Source of the DNA: Diplonema japonicum
Taxonomy: Eukaryota > Protista > Euglenozoa: Diplonemea
Length of the DNA: 64,000 bases
Assembly (NCBI GenBank): GCA_964019335.1
Contig: OZ025738.1
Coordinates: 310,001-374,000 of the forward strand
Direction: 5' to 3'
Under the pieces are notes generated by a model. That model was not told where the DNA came from. It did no database searches and saw only the letters and a program-made list of their open reading frames with translations. Positions 42,487-54,271 of this stretch are shown one piece after another. A program made the translations under genes and the position numbers. Each line of letters begins with the position of its first letter. Position 1 is the stretch's first letter.

Positions 42487-45400
42487 TCACCATTCATCAT
42501 CATACTCGAAAACAGCTTTCTCACCGTCAAGCACTTCAAGCTTCTGGTAGTACACAGATTCATCCATTGCGTCAAGAGTGCATGCTGCTTCTGTAGCCAC
42601 TACTCCACATGAATCATTGATGAATCTCTTAACGAGCTCCCCGATACTTGGCTCTGCAGCAGAGGGGTTACAGTACTTGATATATTTCAGCATAACACAC
42701 TTCTCGTTGTCAGATGGTTCACCCCCGTCATCCATCTCCGCTATCATCTCCCTGCACAGCCTGGGTAGTGCTTCCTTCTTCAACCCCGACAGTGCAATCT
42801 CAGTGGCTGGGCCATGCTCGAGGATCTCTGCTATTTTTTTCAACGCGGGTCCTTCACTGCGTTCATCCTTATGGGCTGCCCAATGGTTGGAGATAAGCTG
42901 GACAGAAGCGGCTACCCCGCCAGGAGCCTGTACTAGCACGTCAATAGCTTTGCCGTATTCAGTCTTGTCAAGGGCTGTCTCGCCGTTTGCCATCAGTCCT
43001 GAAAGAGCGGTTCGCAACTCTTTAAGCTTGCGTAGGTCCTTCCCAGCTGCCACTTCAGCTATCTGCTCCACCTTGTGCTTGCAGATCTTTGCGAACAAAC
43101 CGGGATGTGCAGCTGTGAGTGTTCTGATCATGTCACACTGTAAGGGTGCGTCGGTGCAGTCCTGCATGGCGTGGATCACACCTTCCGAGTCGCTTGGGGA
43201 GACATTCGCAGACGGGTTGCACTTCAGCATCATGAACCATTTGCGAAGCACGGTGAGCACCTTCTCCTTCAAGGTCTGTACGTTGTAGAAGGACGCCACA
43301 AGTCCAGCAAGGCCGTCAGTCGCGCACATCGGCCAGTATTCGGTGTTGAGGGTCTTCACGCCATTGGTACCCGCCAGTGTGTCGAGCATTTGGCCGGCAA
43401 TGTAGATGTTCTCGTCTGTTCTTGTCTCCGAGATTGACATAACACGTCCCCACAGAGACGGGAGCTTCTTCAGCGAAGACGATGTCACCAGCGAGCAGAT
43501 GAGCGCTACCTTTGTCGAGGCGAAGACCACGTCTTCCTTCCCTTCCTCGTCACTCTCACCGTCAGACACCATTACCCAGCTGCCCTGCTGCTTCCACTCC
43601 TGTTCCACAAAGTACAATGCCTGCTCGGGGTGCAGCAGTTTGATGCAGCACCTCCCAAGCTGGGACCTCGCTGATGCCCTCGTCTCTTTCCTCCCCAAGA
43701 CCTTCCGCAAGACTTCACAAGCGTCAGTGGGGGAAATGCATCTTAGTGCCGCTGCGGTCGACGGGATTGCTACCTTGCTAGCCACACCTTGGTCAATGTG
43801 CGCTGTGAGCACTTCCAGGACTCCGTGTGTGTCATCGTGTGCCCTGAGCGCAAGCAGAAGTTCCAAGCAAAGCTGCGCCGACCGTGAACCTTTCAGGATG
43901 CCCTCCGTCAGTTTGTCAGACTTCTTCACGTTGTGCTTTTCCTCTTCGGTCAGCTTTCTCACGGCCTCTCTGTCGGCGATGGTTTGTGCGAAAAACTTAT
44001 TAAACGGGTGCTCAGCCGATGTCACAGGAGGCATCCGCGGTGCTGAGGGCATTGCAGCCCCGAGCCACAGCCTCCTTGCCTTCATTCGATGACCATCCGC
44101 CTCAGAAGAGATTCCTGCCATGTTCTCATATGAGGCTTGCTCACGGAAGAGCGCACCGGACTTGATGTCAAAGGCATAGGGTATGATCCAGTTGTCCCAG
44201 AGGTACTGCTGCACTGATGGGGGCAGGGTGTGCACGTACCACTTGACATCTGTGGTCTGCCCACCAAATCTGGCAATGGACACACCATCGACTAAGGCAG
44301 GGAGAGCGATCGTTTGGATCCTGTCCTTCATCAAACTCTTCACGTCCTCCGGGTGGTACCTAAACACGTATGACTGGAAAGTCGTGCTGTGCTCGAAGAC
44401 GTCAGCAGGCGAGCAACTCCCCAGCCCCTTTTTCAGCAGCATAGATACCCTCCGCTTCCTTTTGTGGAAAGGCCCCAGGTAGTTATTCACAGCGTTTTCT
44501 ACGTTCGCATTTATAACATGTTTCGCCATGAAGGCCTCAAGCTCCGGGCAGTCCCACAGTTGGCTGAAGTCGTGATGAGTGGTAGGGCTGTTCCTTAAAG
44601 CCGTGTACAGGGCTTTGATGGTGGTGTGCTTGGTTTTTGAAACGATCGGCGAGCTCATTAGTCGTTTCAGCATAGATGTGATGTAATAAGTCTCTTGAAT
44701 GACAACTTTTTCCATCAGCCTGGCAACTGGAAGGCCCCAGTTCGGTGAATCCTTGGCTCTGTCGGCGCAGTGCCTCTTTTTCAGTGCAATAGACGCCTTT
44801 CGGCGTGCGGCTGCAGTTCCTCGTTGAAACCTAAACCTGTTCCGCTTGTAGAACGTGGGTGCATGCGTGTGGCAGCGTTGAATGCGCCTTTCATCGAGGT
44901 AAGCAACGTGCTTGGGATCGCAGAACTCAGCCAGTTCGATAACACGCCCTTCGCTCGCTCTGGGGTTCACGTGTTCCACAGCAAACTTGAAGACATCCTT
45001 CGTGTGTTCATCAGGGTGCCTCATGCTGTGGATCAATTCAGCTGTGAAGTTTGTGCTGTACCTCGTATCCACTGTGTAAACCGCACTAAGCTTGATGATG
45101 CCCTTTATCCCAACATCCAGCTTGGGCATGTACCTCAGGTTGTCGACTAGGTACTTCCTGAAGATGTTTCGAGTTTGAGGCCAGTCAAATTCCGCTTTTT
45201 TACTCTGTCTTCCCATTTCAGAGTAGACGCTGCAGGCCTCGTCGAGCAGCGGTTGGTAGAATTGCAGGTATCTCTGGACGGCGTACGTGATTTTCGCGTC
45301 CTTCCCGAGCTTCTTCTTGTAGTCACATTCTGTGATCGGAAGCTTCTCAAGGTATGAGGAGACCGCCTCACAGATCTTCAAGGGCAGCTCTCTTGCTTTT

Positions 45401-47613
45401 TTAAGTCCGGCAAGTGCTTTCGCACACATGTCCCTCCAGAACCCCCAACCACTGATCGTCTCGAAGGGTTCATTGAGCCACCTAGTGCTGAGAGTGTAGG
45501 TCATCGTTGTGGTTTCGACAAGTGATTTTGCGCAGTCTGCGAGCTGCGGGACAGCAAGAATGAACTCTGCACCGGCGTCTGCAATGAGGCCTTTAAACAA
45601 GCTAAAGTTGGTCAGATCGATGACCTCCGACGCCTTCAGGTCGTTATGGCGTTTTACCTCGTCCGTGCTAACTGCCGTGCACTTGTGAAACGCCTCCTTC
45701 GCATACTTCACCATCTGCATCCCAACAGACGCGTAACCCTTGTCATTCAGCTTATGCGACATGGCAGCCTTGTTGTAAGCGCTCAATATCTGTCGGGCAG
45801 TCTGCACCTCCGCCTTCTGCATCCTTGTAAGAACACCTTCACTAAAATCCAGTATGGCGTTGGTCTTTACGTAAGTCAGTACTCTGTAATGGACAAACGC
45901 GGAGGCGGCCCAATAAGCCCAGGAGTTCATCCAGTCGCCCGCACCCCATCGCAGGCAAAGGCTGAAGAGCTCCTCCAAATGCTGGACGGACTCTGTCTCG
46001 AAATTCAAGTAAGGTGTCTCCTCCAGCAGGCACTTTACAACTGGTGTCGTCACGGCGGCTTCTTCTTTTGCGATACGCATGATGACCCAACTCATGACAG
46101 GGATTAGACGGTTGGTTTTCTTTGGGGACTTCGCTGAGGATCTTATCAGAGCCGACAGCACAGCGATTCTCTCGCTTGGCTCGCGTGTGTTCGCAAGTGC
46201 TTTCAGCGGTTCCTCGGACTTTTCGATATCCATGCCCTCGTACGCGGATAGCTTTGTGAAGATGTCGAGCTCCGAGAAGGCGTCCGAGGCAGCCCACTCA
46301 TCGAGCACCCGCACCACCACATTGCGTGCCAGCATGCTCCTGCATTCCGAATGGTTCTTCACAATCTCGCCCACTACTTCTGCATGCTCGACCTGCCTTG
46401 CGAAGCGACTCAACGCCACCCTGAGCATACCATCTTTACACTTTTTGACATTAATTCTGCGAGCACGCATCTGGTCTGCCACAAGGGCATCCACTCTTTC
46501 CTGCGAAGGGTTGAAGACCCACTCGTCCTCTTTTGCCTGTGTCACCAGTTTGTCGAATTCGAAGACGCTGTCTTTGTCGGTGTACGAGGATACCAGGTCG
46601 GTGATGGTATCAGAGATCTTCTGCGATGAGCAGCGGCTCTTCAGCAGCTTTATCAGCAGTAAGACAATTGTCTCGATGTCCTTGTCATTGGGAACGGCAG
46701 CCGGAGCGCAACAGCAATGGGCGATCACTCCCAGACCTAGCTGTCGGTGCTCGTGGTTGTACATCACCTTCTTGAAGCACCATGCGAGCGCGGCAGACAG
46801 CGTGCCAATATTCTTGAAGACCTGTAGCACTTCTTGAGGGCGGTGGCGGACCAGCGGCCTCGACAGGAACCAAACTCCTCTGGAACTGTTTCTTTGCTTT
46901 TCGAGGATCCCGACCATCTCGTCGGGGTGCGATGCAGCCAGCTCCCTCGACGACCTGTACCACCTGAAGTCGAAGTCCGTCTCCTTGCCAAGCATCTCCA
47001 GCAGCACGTCAGGGTACTTCTTCGCCAGTGACTGGTAGATATTTTCCAAGTCGATCCTTTTAAAGATGAAGCTCTTTATCAAAGGAGGAAAGGTAGAGCC
47101 GGGTTTGGGCTCCAGCTTCACAAGTTTTGCCAGCTTGGGAAGCCAGCTACGCACAAGCTCCTTGTGAGCAGGTGTTGTAGTTGCTCGGCGGAGGACCAGC
47201 AAAGCAAGCCAAGTGCCACCCAGAACAGAATTCTCTTGGATGGTTTGCAGGATGGCATCATTGGCGTGTACCAAGGTACGCACAATAACAGATTTCAGCT
47301 GCAATGGGGTGTCTTGGTGTAGAAGGATTTCTCCGACCTGAGGCTGGTCGAACTTAGCCAGGGCCTGCACTGCACGTGCCCTCAGGACCCAGGATTTGCT
47401 CTTCGTAGCCACCTTCCCCAAGGTAGCCCCGTCCTTTTTTGTCATTGCCGCTACGATCGCGTACATCCCCAGCCATGGCGATAGCTTATCATCAGCTAGC
47501 TCCTTCAGGAAAGCGTCCACATCTTCACCGCCCTTCGCTGCCAGCACCGCCGCCTGTCGCATCCTATTATCGTGGTGGTCCTGATTCAGCAGCACCTCTG
47601 TAATAGAAGGCAT
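42487..47613 (-). CDS. Large uncharacterised alpha-helical (HEAT/ARM-like) protein, 1708 aa
   Basis: 5.1-kb uninterrupted ORF rich in Leu/Ala/Lys amphipathic helices (VLRARAVQAL, ERIAVLSALI). Start placed at MPSITEV after the polypyrimidine tract. Confidence 0.85.
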   Translation of the reverse strand: MPSITEVLLNQDHHDNRMRQAAVLAAKGGEDVDAFLKELADDKLSPWLGMYAIVAAMTKKDGATLGKVATKSKSWVLRARAVQALAKFDQPQVGEILLHQDTPLQLKSVIVRTLVHANDAILQTIQENSVLGGTWLALLVLRRATTTPAHKELVRSWLPKLAKLVKLEPKPGSTFPPLIKSFIFKRIDLENIYQSLAKKYPDVLLEMLGKETDFDFRWYRSSRELAASHPDEMVGILEKQRNSSRGVWFLSRPLVRHRPQEVLQVFKNIGTLSAALAWCFKKVMYNHEHRQLGLGVIAHCCCAPAAVPNDKDIETIVLLLIKLLKSRCSSQKISDTITDLVSSYTDKDSVFEFDKLVTQAKEDEWVFNPSQERVDALVADQMRARRINVKKCKDGMLRVALSRFARQVEHAEVVGEIVKNHSECRSMLARNVVVRVLDEWAASDAFSELDIFTKLSAYEGMDIEKSEEPLKALANTREPSERIAVLSALIRSSAKSPKKTNRLIPVMSWVIMRIAKEEAAVTTPVVKCLLEETPYLNFETESVQHLEELFSLCLRWGAGDWMNSWAYWAASAFVHYRVLTYVKTNAILDFSEGVLTRMQKAEVQTARQILSAYNKAAMSHKLNDKGYASVGMQMVKYAKEAFHKCTAVSTDEVKRHNDLKASEVIDLTNFSLFKGLIADAGAEFILAVPQLADCAKSLVETTTMTYTLSTRWLNEPFETISGWGFWRDMCAKALAGLKKARELPLKICEAVSSYLEKLPITECDYKKKLGKDAKITYAVQRYLQFYQPLLDEACSVYSEMGRQSKKAEFDWPQTRNIFRKYLVDNLRYMPKLDVGIKGIIKLSAVYTVDTRYSTNFTAELIHSMRHPDEHTKDVFKFAVEHVNPRASEGRVIELAEFCDPKHVAYLDERRIQRCHTHAPTFYKRNRFRFQRGTAAARRKASIALKKRHCADRAKDSPNWGLPVARLMEKVVIQETYYITSMLKRLMSSPIVSKTKHTTIKALYTALRNSPTTHHDFSQLWDCPELEAFMAKHVINANVENAVNNYLGPFHKRKRRVSMLLKKGLGSCSPADVFEHSTTFQSYVFRYHPEDVKSLMKDRIQTIALPALVDGVSIARFGGQTTDVKWYVHTLPPSVQQYLWDNWIIPYAFDIKSGALFREQASYENMAGISSEADGHRMKARRLWLGAAMPSAPRMPPVTSAEHPFNKFFAQTIADREAVRKLTEEEKHNVKKSDKLTEGILKGSRSAQLCLELLLALRAHDDTHGVLEVLTAHIDQGVASKVAIPSTAAALRCISPTDACEVLRKVLGRKETRASARSQLGRCCIKLLHPEQALYFVEQEWKQQGSWVMVSDGESDEEGKEDVVFASTKVALICSLVTSSSLKKLPSLWGRVMSISETRTDENIYIAGQMLDTLAGTNGVKTLNTEYWPMCATDGLAGLVASFYNVQTLKEKVLTVLRKWFMMLKCNPSANVSPSDSEGVIHAMQDCTDAPLQCDMIRTLTAAHPGLFAKICKHKVEQIAEVAAGKDLRKLKELRTALSGLMANGETALDKTEYGKAIDVLVQAPGGVAASVQLISNHWAAHKDERSEGPALKKIAEILEHGPATEIALSGLKKEALPRLCREMIAEMDDGGEPSDNEKCVMLKYIKYCNPSAAEPSIGELVKRFINDSCGVVATEAACTLDAMDESVYYQKLEVLDGEKAVFEYDDEW

Positions 47614-48228
47614 TTTCCCGCGAGTTTTCCTTTTTCTGTAAGGGGGAGAGTTTGTGTGGTCAGTTATTTTATGTTGAAAAGAAGAAGTAAAAAAAAAAAA
47701 AAAAAAAAAAAAAAGAAAAAGAAAAGATGTCTTTGAAGGGAACCTGCAGTATATGACAGGATCGCCTAACGAAAGAAAATGACAGCTTTTTTTTTTAACT
47801 TGTAGGAAGTACCAAAGAAAAAAAGGGTGTAAGTCGATCACCTGAATCAAAAGAAGGGATGCGCTTTTCGCACTACGCGAACAGGCCTTTTTCTTTTGTA
47901 GGAATCTCGAAAAACGAACTAAACTTCTGCCCCTTTCTTTTTTTCTTTTCACACGTTTTAAAAATCGCGCAGCGTGCAGTTGCCAAAAACGTGAGAAAAG
48001 AGGAATTTCACGAGCCATCGGGGACATTTTGTACATGCAAGATCATGCACACACATGCAGTTTAGTATGGAAAAAGGAATTGTCAAGAGCGTTCGATGCA
48101 AATAGAATTCCCTAAAAAAAGATTTGTTTTTTTAAGTTCATAGGGCTAGGTTTGGCTAAGGTTACTAGTTAAAACCAGTTTTTTTCCCCCCGTGTAAAAG
48201 CCCACCATATCAAACTAGGACACGCGTG

Positions 48229-49923
48229 TCAACGTCCCCCCCCCCCCCCCCCCCCCCCCCCCTTGACGCCCATGACGGCTTCAGTTATCTCAGCAGTCAG
48301 GTTGGTGTTTTTAAGGCGCTTGCTGACCTCCAAAGCCTCTTCGAAGTGCGAAAGTGCTGCGGAAGAATCCCCTAAATTCTCATAAACTCCCCCCACCGCT
48401 AGCAAGTACTCGGCCACACTATCATCACCCCCCTCCGGGTACAGCCTCTTCACTATACCCAACGCTTTCTTTTGATGCTCAAGACAATCGGACAGTCCCA
48501 CATGGGCAAGTCCTATCTTGTGGTGTATATTTGCAATGCTGAGATGGTCGGAGGGAAAATGTTTTTCGTATGTGTCCAATGCTTTCTGATAGCATGTCAG
48601 AGCAGAGTCGTTGTTGTCGCTGTCGGTGAACCTGTCCCCCATTCTGCAGAGATACCCAGCAGTGTCCTTTGTGCCGGTACCAGTTGGGTGTGACTTTCGC
48701 TCTATTTCAAGTGCTTTCGTGTAATAGCCCAGTGAGGTGTCCGTGCACTCACAACAGTCCCCGATATTGCAGAGAACATCAGCGATCTCGGCGTAATGGT
48801 CACCTGTAGGCTGTGCTCTGTACACATCTAAGGCTTCCTCGTAATATTCTCGTGCTGAGGCGAGGTCGCCCTCCTGCTCGGAGCACCACCCCAAGTTGTA
48901 TAAGTACGTGGCGCAGGTTGGAAGGTCTCGCGGGTTCAGCATCCTCTCGACCAACAGAGCTTTTTGAAACGGCTCCATCGCCGTAAGGAAGCTGCCCATG
49001 TCGCACAGGCAGTTTCCTAGCTTGTTGAAGATCGACGGCATGGCCTCGAAGTTTTTCCTTTCCGAGTGTTCCATGAGGGCTTCGGTGAGGTACTCTACAG
49101 CGGGGGGATATTCTTTTTTGCCTTCGTGCCAGAGTGCCAAGCTGCAAAGGTGCGGAGCAGTTGGTTTGTTAAGCCGTTTCGCTATGTCGACTGCTTCTTG
49201 GTAGTGGTGACGGGCGATGTCGGCCCCCGGTGGGTGGGTATCACCGAGACGCTGCAGCCAGGCAGGCAGGAGTTTGTGTTGTGAAGAACATTTTTTTAAC
49301 ATTTTCGTCGACGTGGTGAAGTGTTCGATCGCGGCGTCCTTGTTTTGCCTGTTCACATACACCTCACCAATGCCTTGCAGGCAGAACGCAAGCTGCTCGT
49401 GAGTCCCGCTGAGCTCGCCCCATACCTCCATCGCCATCCTCAGGTGCTGCAGTGCTGTTTCGTCATGTGCCATGTTCTTGTTGTCCCGTGCTTCCATAAT
49501 GCATGCATCACCTATGGATAGGTGGACCGCGGCCACTTTGTACTTGTATGTTCGTTTCATGATGTTTTGCTTTGTGGTGAATTGAGTCTCTAGTAATCTT
49601 TGCTCGAGGTCGTAGTTGGTGTCGGCACTTTGCAGTTCTTTTTCGAGCCGCTTGAGTTTCTGAGTGAAGGCGTCCATAACCTTCGGAATAACCTTTAGCT
49701 CGCTCATGTCTTCCAAAGGGAGGTACATCACTTGTGTGTCATCTTCCAGCTCCTCGTCTTCAAACGACAGTGCGAATGTGTCAGCATGTATTTGGGTCTC
49801 TAGTGCGAATTTCTCTTTTAGATCTTTCACTTTTTCGGTTCCTTCTGCATCCACCGCAATGGTGCCTGCCGAGCCAGATATCTGAAGGGAAACAGAGGTC
49901 ACCTTGCGCTTTCGTTCCGCCAT
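48229..49923 (-). CDS. Ubiquitin-like domain + coiled coil + TPR-repeat (kinesin-light-chain/NPHP3-like ~42-aa units) protein, 564 aa
   Basis: Ubl: EKVKDLKEK...FALSFEDEELEDD...LEDMSELKV. TPR units ATYLYNLGWC...AREYYEEALDV, ANIHHKIG, ALSHFEEALEV. Confidence 0.88.
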   Translation of the reverse strand: MAERKRKVTSVSLQISGSAGTIAVDAEGTEKVKDLKEKFALETQIHADTFALSFEDEELEDDTQVMYLPLEDMSELKVIPKVMDAFTQKLKRLEKELQSADTNYDLEQRLLETQFTTKQNIMKRTYKYKVAAVHLSIGDACIMEARDNKNMAHDETALQHLRMAMEVWGELSGTHEQLAFCLQGIGEVYVNRQNKDAAIEHFTTSTKMLKKCSSQHKLLPAWLQRLGDTHPPGADIARHHYQEAVDIAKRLNKPTAPHLCSLALWHEGKKEYPPAVEYLTEALMEHSERKNFEAMPSIFNKLGNCLCDMGSFLTAMEPFQKALLVERMLNPRDLPTCATYLYNLGWCSEQEGDLASAREYYEEALDVYRAQPTGDHYAEIADVLCNIGDCCECTDTSLGYYTKALEIERKSHPTGTGTKDTAGYLCRMGDRFTDSDNNDSALTCYQKALDTYEKHFPSDHLSIANIHHKIGLAHVGLSDCLEHQKKALGIVKRLYPEGGDDSVAEYLLAVGGVYENLGDSSAALSHFEEALEVSKRLKNTNLTAEITEAVMGVKGGGGGGGGGR

Positions 49924-50656
49924 TTATTTTTTTTGTTTCCCTCTCCCCTCCGTTCTCCTGGTTTTCATTTTTTTAAAAATATTTTTAGTGGTTTTGGAAA
50001 AAAAAAAAGAAAAGAAAAAAAGAAAAGAAGAATGACTTTGGTTGCTTCATAAACCGCCTGACGTACGAGCAACTTCTTTACCGCGCTAGCGGATGAGGGA
50101 AGGGTGGACTGCGTTCTGGTAGGTTGTTGTGCCCTGTAGTCAGGCACGAAAGGGTCGGACCACTCTTTTCTCTGTGCAGTCGGTACAGCGCATTGTCTTT
50201 CAAGTATTTCGCACGTTCTGTTGGATGCAAATTTCGGCCTTCCGGTGTACCCCTTCGATCGCTTGGGTGCACCTATCGATCGTAACGCCACGGATTCTGT
50301 TATTTCCCTGGGCAAAAAAAAAAAAAAAAAAAAAAGATATAAAGGGCCCCCCCGAATAATCCCTTTATTTGGGCAGTGGAGGGGGGGTGTTTGAGCTCCA
50401 AAAAAAAAGAATTATTTGGAATACACTTATTTGGGTTGTACTTATTTGGGCTGGGGGGCCTGCCACATGGAAAGCAGGGAGCGGGGTTTAGAGCACTTCG
50501 GAAATCTTAACATGCCAAATCGTGCCAAGACTTTTTTCATGCCCTTTTTTTTTTCCAAGGGAAATTTTAACAGTTTTTCTCCCAGGCTGTGGAGAACCCA
50601 CAAACGTTGCAGACAAACCGCCTGGTTTTGGCGTTAGGTGGTTGCTGGGAGGTTGC
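49873..50656. repeat. ~780-bp segment duplicated at 54614-55395
   Basis: Near-identical sequence covering the TPR gene's first 17 codons, its upstream region and the left part of a family A TIR element. Confidence 0.92.
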
Positions 50657-50670
50657 TGAAATGATTTTAA
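50340..50670. mobile_element. TIR element family A, copy 4 (left part only, interrupted at TTAA)
   Basis: TA|TAAAGGGCCCCCCGAATAATCCC...; matches copy 1 up to GAAATGATTTTAA. Confidence 0.85.
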
Positions 50671-51830
50671 CCATCTACCAACAGACCATTTTTGCCCACC
50701 AGGGGGTAAATTTTCAAAACTTCAAAAAAAGCTATTCTAGCGCAACGCCGGGGCTATATGCCCCCGGAAATGCCTCCAGATGTCCCAATTCTGCCCACAG
50801 CAGGGCCCACCCCCACAACATTGTCAAAAATATCGTTCCTGAAGTGCCCGAGAGGGGGTACAAAAAACAAGTCAAAAAAATCGACTGTAAAATTCTATAA
50901 AAAGCTATTCAAGGCCTTCTTGACGCGGTTCGTACGTGCCCCAGGGCTGGGGGACTTCTTTTTTGACCCCGAGAGGGGTTTCTGGGGGTATCCCCGGCAA
51001 GGTGGCAGTCTTTGAAGTACGGAGTCACGCAAAGTTGTACCAAGCAGGCTGAACACTGAAATAGGGGTCTTTTCGACTTGCAATGCTTGCACCGCACGTT
51101 GCACTACTTTTTCGGGGAAATGGTCCCAGAAGGTACTGTCACGGCGCATTGGGGTCTCAGAGCACTCGTTCTGTGTTTCGGGGCATGGTATTGGGGCAGC
51201 CTGCTCTGTAGTTGACTTTATCTGTTGTTTAGACTGCCTCCCTAGTAGCCCTTCGATGACTGCCTCTTTGAAAGGCGTGAATCCACTGTCGTTCATACTC
51301 AGGGTGTTGGGGGGCAAGGCTTCTTTCCAAACAAGCCAAGCATTCGCCAGAGATTTACCTAACAAGTACGAAAATACTTTTAGGGGCCACTTTTAAGTCA
51401 TAAGGGTGCGTTTATGGCGTTTTGTCACAGCATCACCCAGCGTCGGTTCCGCCCATTGCGGTGTTGTAAATATGCACTTGGTGGGGAACAAGATGTCCTT
51501 TCCGGCTTCATTCTCTTTTGGCGGACGGTCAAATTTGACTTCACTGGAACATCCAACGTCGATAGAAAGCACACAGGCTTGATGTCATGCCATGTTGTGG
51601 TGCAAAGGATGCTCGTCTGCTGGTGGAACTGTGTCCCCACGGGATGCGCGTCCTTGGGCTTGCGGCCTCGCTTCTTTGGGGCGTCCATGATCTCCGGGAG
51701 GCCTTTGCGATAGGTAGAAGTCTGCCTCAGGGGCAGCAAGGGAGGACAAAGGTGCAGAAAGGGAACCCTGGGGGGTTTCTTCGCGCGGTTGCCGTTTGCA
51801 GCCCAGGCCAGTAGTTAGGTGGTAGTGGAC
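50671..51830 (-). mobile_element. piggyBac transposase 3' remnant
   Basis: Starts TTAA|CC. Translations WHDIKPVCFLST, LANAWLVW..FKEAVIEGL, HFPEK and the Cys-rich tail CKHC..FQCSACLVQLC..FKDCH; multiple frameshifts. Confidence 0.8.
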
Positions 51831-52954
51831 CAGGCCCCCCTGACGGCCTTACCTAAAAAAAATTCCCGGACGGAAAAACTCCCGGACGCCATATTTAACT
51901 TGATATAGATTTCAGTTCAAGGCTGAACTCGAGAGGAAGGAAACGCTTTTGACGGCGTAGCTTGGGAGGAAAGAAAGTGAGCAGCTCACCCTAAAGTCCA
52001 ACAACGACAAAAGGAGCGCCACTCGTGAAACTATTAAAACCATGATGTGGGAAGGAAGTGAGAGGGTGGGGATGAAACTACGGGGGTGCCGGGATGGTCA
52101 GGACTTACTTTACTTTACAAGGTCAGGACTTCCAATACCATGTGGTCTTCTCACCCCTGCTTTCTGAAAATCTTTTTTTGATACCCAAAGGGGGGGGGGG
52201 GGGGGGGGGGAGAAGGAGGAAGCTGAGATGTTATATTAAAAGAAGGAGAAGAAAGATAAACAATTGTTTTTTTTTTTTCCCTTCTTTTTTTTTTTATTTA
52301 TTTTCTGGATTCCCTCTAAAGGAATTTTGGCTAGAGCCGGGAAAAAAAAAGCTTTCCATATTTCCCAAGGGAAAATAAAGCACTTTATTTTTTCATTTTG
52401 AAAGAAAAAAAATTCGCTGGCTGTTTAACACTTTACACTTTTTTTTTTTTTTTTTTTTTTTTTTTGGCTACTAAGGGTGCCGGACCTCAGTATCCTTTCC
52501 CCCCATAATTTTTTTTCTTAATTATACGTTATCGGGGGTGGGGGAATGTTTGTCTGTTTGTTTTGTTTGGGGAGAGGGGGGCTTTTTTTTTTCACACTGC
52601 TGCATCTGATTGGTCAGGTGCTGTGGTAGGTTCTCTGTTTCCGCGAGAAACAGGATGGTACACTCTCTATTTGGGGATCAGGGATGGGATCTCGGGATTC
52701 TGATTTAATGACAAGTGCCTCAGCCGCCTTCTGATCGGCATGCTACTTCAGCAGGTTAGATGGTTGTGGAGTTGTTGCGGGGGGGGGGGGGGGGGGGGGC
52801 AGGTCCCCGGTGTCTTCGAGGTATTGGATTGCTTTCCGTTGGTTTTTCCACAAAGATGTTTCTCAGCGCCAGGGTGTTCTTTTTTCTTCTTTTTTTCCCC
52901 TCTTTTTTTCTTCTTCTTCTAAACACCCACTTTTCTTTTTTTTCTTTTTAAATT

Positions 52955-54116
52955 CAAGTCGACAGTTTCTAGTTTTACGCACCCCTCCAAGAAGCCATCA
53001 CCAATGGAAGAAAGATTGGTCAACGTATTCAAGTCGATAGTTTCTAGTTTTTCGCACCCAAACAAGAAGCGATCACAAGTTGATGGTTTCTAGTTTTTTG
53101 CACCCAGACAAGAAGCGATCACCAATGGAAGAAAGATTGGTCATCGCATTCAAGTTTATGGTTTCTAGTTTTTTGCACCTAAACAAGAAGCGATCACCAA
53201 TGGAAGAAAGATTGGTCAACGCATTCAAGTTGATGGTTTCTAGTTTTACGCACCCTTCCAAGAAGCTATCACCAATAGAAGAAAGATTGGTCATCGCATT
53301 CAAGTCGATGGTTTCTAGTTTCACGCACCCAGACAAGAAGCAATCACCAATGGAAGAAAGATTGGTCATCGCATTCAAGTTGATGGTTTCTAGTTTTTTG
53401 CACCCTTCCAAGAAGTAATCACCAATAGAAGAAAGATTGGTCATCGCATTCAAGTCGATGGTTTCTAGTTTTACGCACCCATAAAAGAAGAAATCACCAA
53501 TAGAAGAAAGGTTGGTCATCGCATTCAAGTTGATGGTTTCTAGATTTTTGCACTCATATAAAAGATTTTCATCAATGGTGGAAACATTGGGGAGGATGAG
53601 ATCAACAGACGTCAGGTGGTCGCACTCTTCAAGAAACCCAGAGCCTATCCTTGTAACACAGCCTGTGGAGTCGGTGACAACGAGGAACCGAAGTCCGGAA
53701 GGAAGGACCGTCGTCTTCATGGACAAGACTTCGACAGCTGGCGAGTTCCCCACCTCCACCACCAGAACCAGCTCAGGGTCAGCTCTCACAAGCTCCTCAA
53801 GCTCTGAAACCACTTCTGAGCTCTCAAGCTCCTCCAGCTGAACGGTTCTCATCTTCTTCGCCTCCACATGGACCACGCTGCCCTCCACGAGCCCGAGTTC
53901 CTGGATATCTTCACCCCCGTTCCTGTCCAGGACCTCTCCCTCCCAAACCAGTTCGAACTTGCCTTCGAGTAAACCAGCAGCACACCCCGCCTTCTTGTAC
54001 AGGCTCCCCACCGTCTCCTTCCCCGACACTTCCACATCGTGAACCCCGCCTCCCGTCTTCACGAACACTGTCATATCGTTCACCTCTTCACCTGATCCCT
54101 CTCTCTTTCCATTCAT
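52955..54116 (-). CDS. Ubiquitin-like + LRR protein (347-aa ORF 53073-54116; further broken LRR units downstream suggest 3' decay)
   Basis: Ubl domain followed by ~8 repeats KLETI(N/D)LNAMTNLSSIGDxFLxxC; out-of-frame partial units at 52955-53072. Confidence 0.82.
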
Positions 54117-54271
54117 GTTCTTTTGGGTTCGTTTTTTATTCTTTTTTCTAATGTATTTTTCCTGTGTGCTTTGTCTCGAAGGCTGCAGGAGTCAAATGAA
54201 GAAGAAGAACCTCTAGAAAATAAAAAAACCTACTGTGAAACGAACATCTTCAAGAAAAAGGTGACGAATAA

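Noticed and set aside
47614-48036. N-terminal extensions in the ORF track (also 9165-9302, 32469-32651, 36842-37120)
   Set aside because: They run through poly-T or repeat stubs (poly-Phe) or are not shared by paralogues; downstream ATGs chosen.
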